A stretch of DNA of 64,000 bases from Corallochytrium limacisporum Hawaii (GCA_002811645.1 PDIP01000072.1:22945-86944), one strand, 5' to 3'. Positions 53,653-63,966 are shown, numbered from the stretch's first letter. The notes: a model not told the origin generated them from the letters alone. Translations and numbers: made by a program.

Positions 53653-56415
53653 TCAGAGCGGTCCCAAAGGAGACGTTCCTTCCGGTGCCGTAGGAGGAGA
53701 GGGTTTGTCCGACTCCAGCTGTTTAGGTCCTAGCAGCCGCTGTTCGCACGGCGTGCAGACCATGACTGGATAGAAATAGCATCGTTGCGGAAGCGCTTCC
53801 ACCATCAAGGCACACTCTGTACAGACTGATTGACCGCAGTTGCGGCAGAAATGGGGCAGTCGTGGGGAGATGAAGGTGCGTTGGCAAGCGTGGCAAGGCA
53901 TCTTGCTATCTTGCCAAACCGGAGGTTCTAGCAGCTGCCCTCCAGTCATTATGTGCGCCCAGGCCTGGTCAGGGATCACATCCTGTCCGTACGCCACGCG
54001 ATCGAGGCACTCTTCAAGAATGCATAACGACTCCAATGCGCTAACGCGGGAGAGATCAGTGGAGAATCGACGTTTACCGGGACTGACGTCACGGCCTGTG
54101 CCCGGCACCGTCCCCGCTGTTACGGTGGAGGGGACATGCACTTCCCCATTGCTATTGCTAACATGGTCCGGAGACGCGAACTGCTGTGCATGATCGAGAA
54201 TTTCTTGCATAATCTTCTGTGCCTCCGCACCTTTGCCTTGATAAGCGAGAGCCACTGCGTGCTTCATCAGCTGATGCTTCTGGCCCAATAGGTACAGCCA
54301 GTGCGCTTTCTGCTGCTGGGCCATTTCGTGGCGAATGTGGAGTTCCTCCAGCATGTCCATGCGAGGCATCAAGCGCGGCTCCCAACGGCAGAACATATCC
54401 TGCCAGACGTCGAACACGCGGGGATGACTGCTTACGTCCAGCACTGAAGGATAAGTGCCACGGTCACCAGCGTTGTGAGCGGCCGGATCATCCTTACCTG
54501 CCCAAAGCGGATTCAGGTAGTCAGCGCGGGTGTGCTCTATATACGTCCACAGTGATTCTGTCTCCAAATTCAAACGCCGTGCCATGCGTTGACGCTCAGA
54601 ATCTCCCAGGAATGTCCCGAAACGACAACTGCATAACTCGTCGTAGATGGCAATGAGCAAACGGTCCGTAAACTCAAATGTGGTCGGGAACTGCGCTATC
54701 ACATGGTGTACGCACTGCAGGAACTGCAGAAAAATTGGACTGGCCTCCTTGAGGTGCTTGCCTAGCATACCTCCTCGCTGCAGAAACTTGTGCCCAAAGC
54801 TCAACCACTCCTTTTCCACTAGAATACAGAATCCGCGGATGGTGCGGAAATAAGGATCAATTAATAGTTCCGCGAGCGCGCACAGCTGAGCCGTGCGGTC
54901 CCATCCGTCGCTGCAGTGGACAATGACCGTGGCCTTCTCGTCTACTAGTGCCTGGACAACTCGCTTCGTGCCGTCCATGATTGACTTTAGATGTGTGGAC
55001 CAGCCACTATTGTACAACTTTTGTTGATACTTAGAATTACTCACAAGTTCAGAAGATCGCAGGGCTTCCAAATGCTTGTAAAGTGACTCACGCACAACAT
55101 GGATATTCTCAATGTTCAGAAACTCGTAGGTGCATCCCGGATAGTTTTCCTCCGATTCATAGCCCGCACCGGTTGCTCTGTTTGCAATCGCGTTGATCCG
55201 TGGCCGAGCATCGAAAATATAGTGCCGATTGCGATTCTTCATGAGCAAATTTACCCCGTCCGCACTGTCAGTCTGGAGTCTGTCGTTCTCTCTATCGTTG
55301 GCCACAAACATCATAGAGATCATGTCCTCATCATCTTTACTGCGCTTGGCCTGGATACCTGACAATGGTTGCGCACAGCGGACCATTGCGGATCGGTTCC
55401 GAGGCAGATAGTACACCAGACTAGGCAACCGTCCCTTGGATCTGAATTTGGCACATGCCCGGACAACATCATCCGCAGCCTCAGCTGGAAAAGCTAACAC
55501 ATCGGGGTAAGTCGGGCAGATTTCATAAATGTTGTTGATCTTGGACAGCCGCCAGCTGTCATTGGGCAGGCCCATTCTGCGATATTCCTTTTCAGGGTCG
55601 TAGATCCGCCAGCCGGGACGGATGCGGCTGCCTATTGTCTGACTGCCCGAGTCCATCAGGGTACCACCTGCACTTCGCCCTCTGGGTGACATATCACCCA
55701 TGTCCATGTCGTTGATGCTGCCTGTGCTGTGACTGTGGTGGAGCTTGTTGCTTGGATTCACGTGGCTAGGTAGGGTCTGTGCTGGACCCGGTACCGTTAG
55801 GTCATGTGGAGCGGCGCCTCCTGCTGATCCCTGGCCAAATTGCTGTTGATGGGCAAAAGCGTAGAGGTCCTGTAGCTGATTTGGTCGACTTAAGCGTTTC
55901 AAAGTATCTGCCAGATCCTTGGCTTCATACTCCTTTGGAATAACAAAAACCATACTCCGGAAATTCTTTGTATCCACCTGCAACACAAACCCTTTCGGTG
56001 AGGGATCTTTCTTGAGCTCTACCTTGTCAATCATTTCGTACTGAATCCACTGTTCTGAATGTATAGCATAGCGCAGAACAAAACGTTTCTCCGCCGTAGT
56101 GACCTGTGCTCTCTCACTGAAGGCCTTTACATCAAAAGGTTTGTGGGGTACTATCATCATATGGCGCGGGGTCATCAATATCGTGGCCGTCAGCGGTGCA
56201 TCCCAATTCATTCCTGTCAGTGAGTCATGTTCTTGCCCTCCAGGGTTCGCGTTCTGCTTTCTTCTTCCATTTGCGCTCACTACCGTTACAGTCCTGGCTG
56301 ATTTTACAGTGTAGGCTACGAATAGAACGGGAGAGATCTTCGGAGTGCGCATTTCCCGGTTGGTGGGTCCGGGAGACGGTTGCCGGCCTCCTCCGACGTT
56401 GACAAGCTGGGACAT
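53653..56415 (-). CDS. Myotubularin-related phosphoinositide 3-phosphatase with a C-terminal FYVE-like zinc finger
   Basis: Catalytic VHCSDGWDRTAQ, YEICPTYP, FRSKGRLP, KEWLSFGHKF, and an 8-Cys finger at the C-terminus. Confidence 0.93.
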   Translation of the reverse strand: MSQLVNVGGGRQPSPGPTNREMRTPKISPVLFVAYTVKSARTVTVVSANGRRKQNANPGGQEHDSLTGMNWDAPLTATILMTPRHMMIVPHKPFDVKAFSERAQVTTAEKRFVLRYAIHSEQWIQYEMIDKVELKKDPSPKGFVLQVDTKNFRSMVFVIPKEYEAKDLADTLKRLSRPNQLQDLYAFAHQQQFGQGSAGGAAPHDLTVPGPAQTLPSHVNPSNKLHHSHSTGSINDMDMGDMSPRGRSAGGTLMDSGSQTIGSRIRPGWRIYDPEKEYRRMGLPNDSWRLSKINNIYEICPTYPDVLAFPAEAADDVVRACAKFRSKGRLPSLVYYLPRNRSAMVRCAQPLSGIQAKRSKDDEDMISMMFVANDRENDRLQTDSADGVNLLMKNRNRHYIFDARPRINAIANRATGAGYESEENYPGCTYEFLNIENIHVVRESLYKHLEALRSSELVSNSKYQQKLYNSGWSTHLKSIMDGTKRVVQALVDEKATVIVHCSDGWDRTAQLCALAELLIDPYFRTIRGFCILVEKEWLSFGHKFLQRGGMLGKHLKEASPIFLQFLQCVHHVIAQFPTTFEFTDRLLIAIYDELCSCRFGTFLGDSERQRMARRLNLETESLWTYIEHTRADYLNPLWAGKDDPAAHNAGDRGTYPSVLDVSSHPRVFDVWQDMFCRWEPRLMPRMDMLEELHIRHEMAQQQKAHWLYLLGQKHQLMKHAVALAYQGKGAEAQKIMQEILDHAQQFASPDHVSNSNGEVHVPSTVTAGTVPGTGRDVSPGKRRFSTDLSRVSALESLCILEECLDRVAYGQDVIPDQAWAHIMTGGQLLEPPVWQDSKMPCHACQRTFISPRLPHFCRNCGQSVCTECALMVEALPQRCYFYPVMVCTPCEQRLLGPKQLESDKPSPPTAPEGTSPLGPL

Positions 56416-56783
56416 TCTGTGTTGTGTCTCCGGCTAAGATATTTATATGTTTTACAATCGGTCAATCGTAATTCTCACATCCTCTCAATTTTGACCGTGT
56501 GCAGATGGATGGTAGCAAGGCATTATATCATGACATTCCCAGAGTTGCGCCTTCCGTCATACATACACAGACCAGTCGAAGGTACAGGTCAGGATACATT
56601 TCACACCTTGTCCTTTTACCTTGTGATGGTGTTCGTTGTTGACATGATCAGAATTTTAACGGGTTCTCTTACACAAGGGACAGACTGAAAAGTGTAGAAG
56701 TCATAACACTCCACCACCGAGCCCGAGCGGTCACCGAACCCTCAAGTTCGCCAACGCACCCAACCTCAGTGGAAAAAAAATCT

Positions 56784-56796
56784 GGGGCCTAATTTT
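56784..56796 (-). promoter_or_regulatory. AAAATTAGGCCCC motif in the divergent myotubularin/sterol reductase promoter
   Basis: Identical 13-mer to 33726-33738. Confidence 0.5.
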
Positions 56797-57256
56797 AATT
56801 GCCTTGAATTTAAACATGTCCGGATGTTCGTAGACGAGAAATGAAGGGGGTTCCAACTACCCCTACACCGTCCGAACGTGCAGAACTGCCGGGGTTGGGC
56901 AGCGGCCCCCGGAGGGGGGGGGGCAACGAAATATTTTTTCCTCTTTTCCCCGGTCCGAGAGCGTTGGGGCGGCAGGAAAGTATGGGAGCACCACCGGGGG
57001 AGGGAGCCGCGCACGGACACCCGGGTTCCAAATTCTTTTGGAAATTCTGGCAGCGGGCCAACGGGAAGCAATACGGAGCGCTCTGGAGCGCTCCTGATTT
57101 TTGGATTGCGGTGTGCACACATCGGCAGTTGACACCCAGAAGGGATTTGCAGCTGGATGCAATGTGTACGGCTAGATCAGTGGCATGAGATCGGGCGTCA
57201 GAATCCTGCAGCTCCCCTTCATATCCATATGTAAGTAAACTATCAGCACAATCGCC

Positions 57257-58513
57257 ATGTCAGTTGACTATACTAAACTGATCCCTTCCGGCCCAGCGGA
57301 GCTGGCAGTTGGCACAGTCTTTGTAACTGCGGTGTACATTAAGATTCTCGTGCTTAGTGCCTTCACCCCAGCTGCCCCTTCCCTGACCAGTGGCTACGCG
57401 CTAGACCCGCGGACTGGTATACCCATCCAGTACCGCCTCAATGGCCTCACAATATTCGCGCTGATCACCGGTGGTGCCTACCTTGGTAGGGACGTTTGGC
57501 TGAAGATGCTATGGGAGAACTTTGCCGGAGCATTCTGGGGTGCCCTCGTTCTCGGGATGATCGTGAGCTACCACTTTTATGTCGACGGTCAGAAGAAGCT
57601 GGCCGCAAAAGACGACACCCTTTGCCCGACGCGACGCTGCCCGACGGTGGACAACCCGGTCCGACATGCGAGCAAGGCGCAGTGGAAAGTCTTCTCTGAG
57701 CGCCCATTTCTTGAGGCTTTCTACATTGGCCACGAATGGAACCCTGGGGCCATGAATGGACGCGTTGATGTCAAGATGCTGCTGTACGTGGTGGGTGCCA
57801 CCCAGCTCGGGCTCAATATCATGGCCATGATGTATGGACAAAATGTGCAGGGAGGCTCCTTCACGCAACCGTCCCTGATTCTGGATGCCTATGCCGGTCT
57901 GTTCTTCTTTTTCCTGGTCGACTACCTGGCTGGGGAAGCCATCCACATCTATACGTATGACATCTTCTGCGAGCGCGTCGGTTTCAAGCTTGTGTGGGGT
58001 TGTATGTTCTTCTATCCGTTCTTCTACTGCATCGGCGGATGGAGCATTGTACGGGCGACGTTTGAAACTCCACGGGAGAATCCGTTGGGACCATTTGGCA
58101 TATTGGCCTGTATCGCTCTTTACTTCTTGGGCTGGATCCTGACCCGCGGGGCCAACATGCAGAAGTATTGGGCCAAGCAGTACCCTGAAGATGAGTTCGT
58201 GTTCGGCGGCTTTATGGAACAGGAGTTTGTTCCCGGATCTGATCGCCGTTTGCTGTGCTCCGGTTTCTGGGGCCTCAGTCGGCACATCAACTACGTAGGT
58301 GAGATCATCCAAGCCTCCGCACTGGCCGTCCTTGGCTTTGCTGCATCCGGATTCACAGATTTTGTGCCTCTCCTTTACCCGATATTCTACATCGCCCTCT
58401 TTGTTCCCCGTGCGAGGGATGATGGGGAATCCTGTCGGCAAAAGTATGGCAACAAGGTCTGGAGTGAGTACGAGAGACTCGTACCGTACGCTCTGGTGCC
58501 GTATGTCTACTAG
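57257..58513 (+). CDS. ERG4/ERG24-family sterol reductase (delta-14 reductase-like)
   Basis: YRLNG, LLCSGFWGLSRHINYVGE, RARDD..CRQKYG..W.EY..LVPY..VPYVY; multiple TM helices. Confidence 0.9.
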   Translation: MSVDYTKLIPSGPAELAVGTVFVTAVYIKILVLSAFTPAAPSLTSGYALDPRTGIPIQYRLNGLTIFALITGGAYLGRDVWLKMLWENFAGAFWGALVLGMIVSYHFYVDGQKKLAAKDDTLCPTRRCPTVDNPVRHASKAQWKVFSERPFLEAFYIGHEWNPGAMNGRVDVKMLLYVVGATQLGLNIMAMMYGQNVQGGSFTQPSLILDAYAGLFFFFLVDYLAGEAIHIYTYDIFCERVGFKLVWGCMFFYPFFYCIGGWSIVRATFETPRENPLGPFGILACIALYFLGWILTRGANMQKYWAKQYPEDEFVFGGFMEQEFVPGSDRRLLCSGFWGLSRHINYVGEIIQASALAVLGFAASGFTDFVPLLYPIFYIALFVPRARDDGESCRQKYGNKVWSEYERLVPYALVPYVY

Positions 58514-58990
58514 ACTATTCAATACCACCCTCTGTCTCGAAACATTAGGCCGAATCTACTAAAACTCATTTCATTCAAATTCCGACCGCAGTGACGGGAA
58601 ACTTTTTGCGCGTTCAAACTCAGCGTAGCCGACTCTATCTCTGAGCCAATTTTCAGTCCAGTACACCTATTCATGTGTAACCCATCTCGAAATCTATGTT
58701 CATTTTGGACATGTTCGGGCTGGTAAGAAGCGGACAGGAAGGCGGCGGAAGGAAATATCTTTGACACCGTTGAAGAGCAATGGTACTCCATATTCAATTC
58801 GAGAAGCTGCCCGTATTCTGACGGAGCACAATCAGAGGATAGGCGGACCGCGCGTTACAAAGGATGACATCCAAAGATTGAAGGCAAGGGGAACCCTGGA
58901 TGTGGTCAACCAAAGGGTACATTCAAAGTCTATTATGAAACACGGATAGTGGGTTGTCTTATTGCCGCTGAGACAAGTCTCCGGTTTTGG

Positions 58991-60292
58991 TCATTCACGG
59001 TCGACCATGTCACCACTACGAGGGTCAAGTTTTTCCGTTTCCAGACTGACTGTGATGGTACGTGACTCTTCGTTCATGAACAGGCCCATGGCCATCACAA
59101 CCAAGCGGTAGAAGGACCCTGGAATCACCACAGGGCTGTTACCCGTGTGCGCAATATGCTCGAGGGTCGCGGCGGCCACATCAATTGGTTTCAATACTGG
59201 TGGTCCAAGCGTCCGCCTCAGGAATCCTTCCTTAATCATTCCCTTAGTGTTGCGATGGTATGCTGGAGTACCAACCTTACCAAGAAAGGCGACACAGGCC
59301 GTGAGCTTCGAGCCCTGGCTCTTGAGATGGTGCCGGAATTCGTACCACTGCGCCTCTGCGAAGCGCAATTGGTAGCTCTTGCACGCACAGTACCCGCTCA
59401 GCACACCAACGCCTTGAGCACAACTCAGAGAACTGACGGTGATGAGGCCACCCCCGCGGGTCAGGCGATCCCTCTTCATCAGGACAGCAAACTGGTGCAT
59501 GATAGATGTGTAATTAGTGACGTTCACTTTGATTTGGTCCCGAAGTTGCTGCTTGGTCTGTTCGGTTGGATAGCCCCAGCACGACAGAGCCGCATTGTAG
59601 ATAACGAGACCAACCTGTTTGCCCTTCAGAGCGTTCATAGTGTCCTCCGGAGCACAGTCGCTTAGCAGATCAATCTGCATGGGCACCACTTTGCGATCCG
59701 GGAACTCCTTCATTATCCGTACAGATTCTTCCTCTAGCACTGTCTTGCGGCGGGCAACGATGACGATGTCCAGTCCCTTCCGGCAGCACTCTCTTGCGAA
59801 CGCCAGGCCAAGGCCCTCGGATGCACCTAAGACAACCGCCCACGGACCGTAGGCCTTCCTGAATTCTGGAAAGGACATCTTTCGCGGCTGAAACAGGGCT
59901 GTAAGCAGACGTACCAGCGTCCACAGAGCTACGAGGAGCAAACCTACTCCCAGATACTGTACCCAGGGTTCATTGGCCCACTGCATGACCATCTGGGTCT
60001 TCTGATCAATTCTCCGCATGGTGTCCGATCCAAGCGCTTCCTCAGCCTGGGCATAGACCATGTTTCCGTAGGAAGTGGCCAAGTCCAACACCTGTACAGC
60101 TACATCAACTATCTGTTCCCGTGACACTTCGGTTTTCTTGGAAATAAATTCAACGCACTGGTACAGCACACCGACAGGCTCCGGCCCTGTCTGGGCCCAT
60201 GGATCCTGAGTCCCCATAGGAAACATGCTAGTGGATCTGACTCCCTCTGCGAGTCTACATCTTGAAAGGTCGTCTTTCTGATTACAATGCAT
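58991..60292 (-). CDS. Membrane-anchored short-chain dehydrogenase/reductase (3-ketoacyl-CoA reductase / 17beta-HSD12-like)
   Basis: YGPWAVVLGASEGLG, VARR, YNAA, catalytic YCACK, TM helix before the core. Start uncertain (ATG 60292 or 60226). Confidence 0.85.
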   Translation of the reverse strand: MHCNQKDDLSRCRLAEGVRSTSMFPMGTQDPWAQTGPEPVGVLYQCVEFISKKTEVSREQIVDVAVQVLDLATSYGNMVYAQAEEALGSDTMRRIDQKTQMVMQWANEPWVQYLGVGLLLVALWTLVRLLTALFQPRKMSFPEFRKAYGPWAVVLGASEGLGLAFARECCRKGLDIVIVARRKTVLEEESVRIMKEFPDRKVVPMQIDLLSDCAPEDTMNALKGKQVGLVIYNAALSCWGYPTEQTKQQLRDQIKVNVTNYTSIMHQFAVLMKRDRLTRGGGLITVSSLSCAQGVGVLSGYCACKSYQLRFAEAQWYEFRHHLKSQGSKLTACVAFLGKVGTPAYHRNTKGMIKEGFLRRTLGPPVLKPIDVAAATLEHIAHTGNSPVVIPGSFYRLVVMAMGLFMNEESRTITVSLETEKLDPRSGDMVDRE

Positions 60293-60602
60293 TGAATCCA
60301 CACTCTTCAAATAACTATCCTACTAAACCAACCAACGGAAAATTGCCGACAAGGGCACATTAATGACAATCTCAACAGGACCATCCCGCTGTCCCGGTTT
60401 TATGACCCAACCCACCTCCTCCCCCATCCCCGCCGAGGGGGGGGGGCCGCATAGCCTTCACTCAGTTTCATTGGACTGGGCACACCACAGGCGGGCGAGT
60501 CCAGCGTTACGTCTTTTGCCCCATTTCCCTTTCGGGTCTCCACGGAGAAGAAAGAGCCGTTTATCAGAGCGGCCAGCAGGGAATTGAGGCTACGTATGAT
60601 TA

Positions 60603-60613
60603 GGGGCCTATTT
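60603..60613 (-). promoter_or_regulatory. AAATAGGCCCC motif in the divergent SDR/CTU2 promoter, adjacent to GCGGGAAA (60618-60625)
   Basis: Recurrent motif. Confidence 0.45.
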
Positions 60614-60910
60614 ATTAGCGGGAAAGCCACCTTCCCCAGCCCAGGGGGAAGAGGGGATGGCTGAGACCCGCTAGCCCGGGGGGGGGGGGCACCAGTGTGC
60701 TCGTTCGCGAGGAAGCTCATGCGGTCGGTGCACCTCAAACCAGGGCACAGCCAGGGGCGATATAGGGAAACCTGGTATTTCAACCAAGATGTATGCTTTA
60801 CTTGGTGTTCATAAAACTTTTGTTTGTCTGGATAATTTCCCGCTAAAGATATATTAAAGAAGGCTAGGAACATGTGAGAGTAGGGAAGGTACGACTGTAA
60901 ACTTTTCAAA

Positions 60911-62317
60911 ATGACTTGCGGCACAGGCGATGTCGAGGAGGTCAAGGAGATTCCGACTCCGCAAGTGCCGGTAAAGAATTGCGTGCGTTGCACCAAAACT
61001 AAGCCCATAATTCGGGTACGGGAGGCTGACGTGTACTGCTCTGAGTGTTTCCTTGTCCACTTTGACAACAAGGCGCGAATGGCTTTCGGCCACCGCCGAG
61101 GAACCGGCAAGCGGCGATGGAAATTCGACCCCCGGAAGGGAAATGAAAAGATCATGCTGGCTGTTTCGGGAGGATCTGGTTCCGTAGCCATGGCTGCGCA
61201 GATTGCAAAACAAGTGCGCTTCACTAACGCACCGATTGACTTGCATGTTGCGTTCGTTGACTGCAGTGACCTGTTTAATGGGCAAGTGAATGAAGCACAA
61301 CAATTGTCGTACGCAGAGCGTTGTCAACGGTCGAGAACCTGTGTGGAGGACGTCTGTCGCATAGTTGATTTGCCTCTCAGCATTATACCAATCCAGCGTC
61401 GGGTACAGATCGGATCGGACAATGACTCTGGAAGTCAGTGCCGGGCAGATCTCTCCGAACTGATCCGTTCCCCATCCGCCAAATTGACCATGAGCCAAAA
61501 AGAAGAACTACTCGACAACGCGGTCCGCCAGTCCCTTGTCGACTACGCTAAGGCACAGAATATGCGTACGGTGGTCTTGGGCACAACTGCCACTCGCGCG
61601 ACGGTCCGTTTACTCATTGCTATGAGCCAGGGCAGGGGTGCAAAAGCCCCGCTGGAGGCAGCCTTCGCGGTGCAGGCGCTCGACGACTCGGACGTGATAG
61701 TCAGTCAGCCCTTACAATCGTTGCTGGCGAAGGAAACAGCGGTGTATTGCCGCATAAAGGGCCTGCCTACATGTCCGCATCCGTCACTCACGAGCTTCAA
61801 GGATCCCAAGCTGGCGTCGATCGCAAAACTGAGCGAGACGTTCGTGATGGAACTTCAGTCGGTTAATGCCAGTTCCGTGAACACCGTGATCCGCGCGGGT
61901 CTCAAGATGATGCCACTCTTGCAATTTGAACCTGCTGTTAGGCCCGAAGACAGTGCTAACGCAGAGGCTGAGTACATTATGCAGTGCACGCACTGCCGGA
62001 CGCGTCTGGAGCGACGGGAGATTCGCAGTCTCGCCGCACGTCTGCTCACCGACCGTCAGAGCTCGATGGAGGCCCACTTTCATTCGGCTATGGGCCATCG
62101 GAGCGCGGAGGGCGCCGCGACCATGCTACAGGAGCCGCTGTGTCAAGCATGCGCGGAATTGATGCTGGACATCAATGCCCCGGCAAATTCAGGACTGGAC
62201 CACAGCGCGTTAGAACATGCCGAAGAGAGCGGCAGTGGTACCGAAAGTGACGTCCTGCGGACCAAACACTGGACTGCTGATGAGATGAAGGACTATGTGA
62301 AGGACTTTTTGCTCTAA
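60911..62317 (+). CDS. CTU2: Cytoplasmic tRNA 2-thiolation protein 2 (CTU2/Ncs2)
   Basis: CxxC...CSECF, degenerate PP-loop LAVSGGSGS, GRGA, SIAKLSETFV.ELQ...SSVNTV.R...K, C-terminal Cys motifs. Confidence 0.88.
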   Translation: MTCGTGDVEEVKEIPTPQVPVKNCVRCTKTKPIIRVREADVYCSECFLVHFDNKARMAFGHRRGTGKRRWKFDPRKGNEKIMLAVSGGSGSVAMAAQIAKQVRFTNAPIDLHVAFVDCSDLFNGQVNEAQQLSYAERCQRSRTCVEDVCRIVDLPLSIIPIQRRVQIGSDNDSGSQCRADLSELIRSPSAKLTMSQKEELLDNAVRQSLVDYAKAQNMRTVVLGTTATRATVRLLIAMSQGRGAKAPLEAAFAVQALDDSDVIVSQPLQSLLAKETAVYCRIKGLPTCPHPSLTSFKDPKLASIAKLSETFVMELQSVNASSVNTVIRAGLKMMPLLQFEPAVRPEDSANAEAEYIMQCTHCRTRLERREIRSLAARLLTDRQSSMEAHFHSAMGHRSAEGAATMLQEPLCQACAELMLDINAPANSGLDHSALEHAEESGSGTESDVLRTKHWTADEMKDYVKDFLL

Positions 62318-62449
62318 GGTACGAGGCTGATTAAAGAAGATACACTTTAGCAAGTCACATGATTTCACAAGCATAGCACACTTTAGCGACCCAAATAATC
62401 AACGAGTTTCGATTGTGGAGTGCCTTTATTTGATGGGATATTGCATGAT

Positions 62450-63400
62450 TCAGTCGTCGTTACCGTGCAGACGAAGGCCTAGCACGCTGCGCACATCGTC
62501 CATGTGCCTCAGGCAGCTAAGGAAAGGAATCAAGTCCAGAAGGGACTCATCATATGGATTCACTTCCCATGTTTCAATGGGAATGGCATTCTCTGGGTGG
62601 TTCGTGTAGGCTCCGGGACTGTTGTCGATAATGATTACGTCCTTGAGATCCTTATCCACAATCTCCAGATTCTTGACGTAGATCCCGCCAATATTAATAC
62701 AGCTCTCCCGAAAATAACGATTGCGCAGAATACCACGGCCATTGTCAAGAATGTCAATGACGGGGTCTGCGTACTCTTGCAGTGATGCCGTGTAGATGAC
62801 TAGGTCGAACCAGTGCTGGATGCGGTCCAGGAACATGTCCACGTGGGGTCGCTTGTGCACAAAGAAAACGCAGGCCAGAGCCGCGGTGTTAACCTCGACC
62901 TTGAAGTCAAACATGGTACGGTTCAGCAGACGTGTCGTCGAGTGAATAAGAGTCTCGTCAAGGTCAAGGATAAGCGTCTTGCGCTTTCCGTCCGGCACGC
63001 CCAGCGTTTGCTTCAGGCCTATCCGCGCAGCCAGGCTGTTCCAGAGCTGCGACATAAGCTCCGCACTGCTCCACTTTGTCACGACATGTGGCTGTGCACC
63101 CAAGATTCCAGCACCAGCCGTATGATTGTGGATCGATCCGGCGCTGTGACCACTAATGCGTCGCAGCTTGGACCGCGGTGGCCTCGGAGGAGGCGGTGCT
63201 GCGTCTGCCGCAGTCACCATTCCAGCAACTGTTGCTTCCCCCGAGCCTGTCATGATGTGTTCATGGTTGTCATGCCCGATAATGGAGTCTGACTCCGTGT
63301 CTGTCTCTTCCTCCATTTGGTCCGTCAGAGGAATTGTGTCGGTGGAGGCGCTGCGGTCCGCTCCCTGGAACGTCGCATGCGCTGTGGATGGCATTGCCAT
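62450..63400 (-). CDS. CTDNEP1: CTD nuclear envelope phosphatase (Dullard/Nem1-like HAD phosphatase)
   Basis: KTLILDLDETLIHS, FFVHKRPHVD.FL, IIDNSPGAY, DVRSVL. Confidence 0.85.
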   Translation of the reverse strand: MAMPSTAHATFQGADRSASTDTIPLTDQMEEETDTESDSIIGHDNHEHIMTGSGEATVAGMVTAADAAPPPPRPPRSKLRRISGHSAGSIHNHTAGAGILGAQPHVVTKWSSAELMSQLWNSLAARIGLKQTLGVPDGKRKTLILDLDETLIHSTTRLLNRTMFDFKVEVNTAALACVFFVHKRPHVDMFLDRIQHWFDLVIYTASLQEYADPVIDILDNGRGILRNRYFRESCINIGGIYVKNLEIVDKDLKDVIIIDNSPGAYTNHPENAIPIETWEVNPYDESLLDLIPFLSCLRHMDDVRSVLGLRLHGNDD

Positions 63401-63940
63401 TTTCGCGTTGTGCCTCTGCGTTTCTATTTTTTTCCAAGATCTCTCTGTCCTATACTGACATGTTTTGCTCCATTGACCCCAAACTAAGAATTCGTTGTTT
63501 GCTTATTCCAAGATCGCCCGCGACCTTGAAAAAACAATCTCTCTTCCTTCTCTTTACCACTCGTCCGCTGCGGTCTCAAAAGAATTTGACGCGGGTAATC
63601 CTCGTTTGCACTGCTTCCTTCAACAGAGGTCCTTCTTCTACCTAGTCTCGCTTTGATCCACAACTAGGTTCCTTCTTATCTAAATGGCCATCATCAAATG
63701 AATAAATTCGCTGCATCAGCGAAACGTGTCTGGACGCCAGGCACTCCCATTGTGCTCTGGGGCTTTCGCGATGCAAGGGGAAACATATAAGAAAAATGGG
63801 CCACCGACACCACTACCATCTCCCTACCAGCCCGCCAGGGGTACCCCACGGCACTTTTTGGCACCGTGCCCTGCTGCTGCCTTCTGACACGAGCGCTCTT
63901 TTCGCCCCAGTGTCTTTCCATCCTTGCATCACTCCCCTTT

Positions 63941-63966
63941 CTCTCTCTCTCTCTCTCACTCTCTCT

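Noticed and set aside
57509-58528. 339-aa antisense ORF over the sterol reductase (similar ones over homocitrate synthase, UGGT and the LRR gene)
   Set aside because: Shadow ORFs with no recognisable features.
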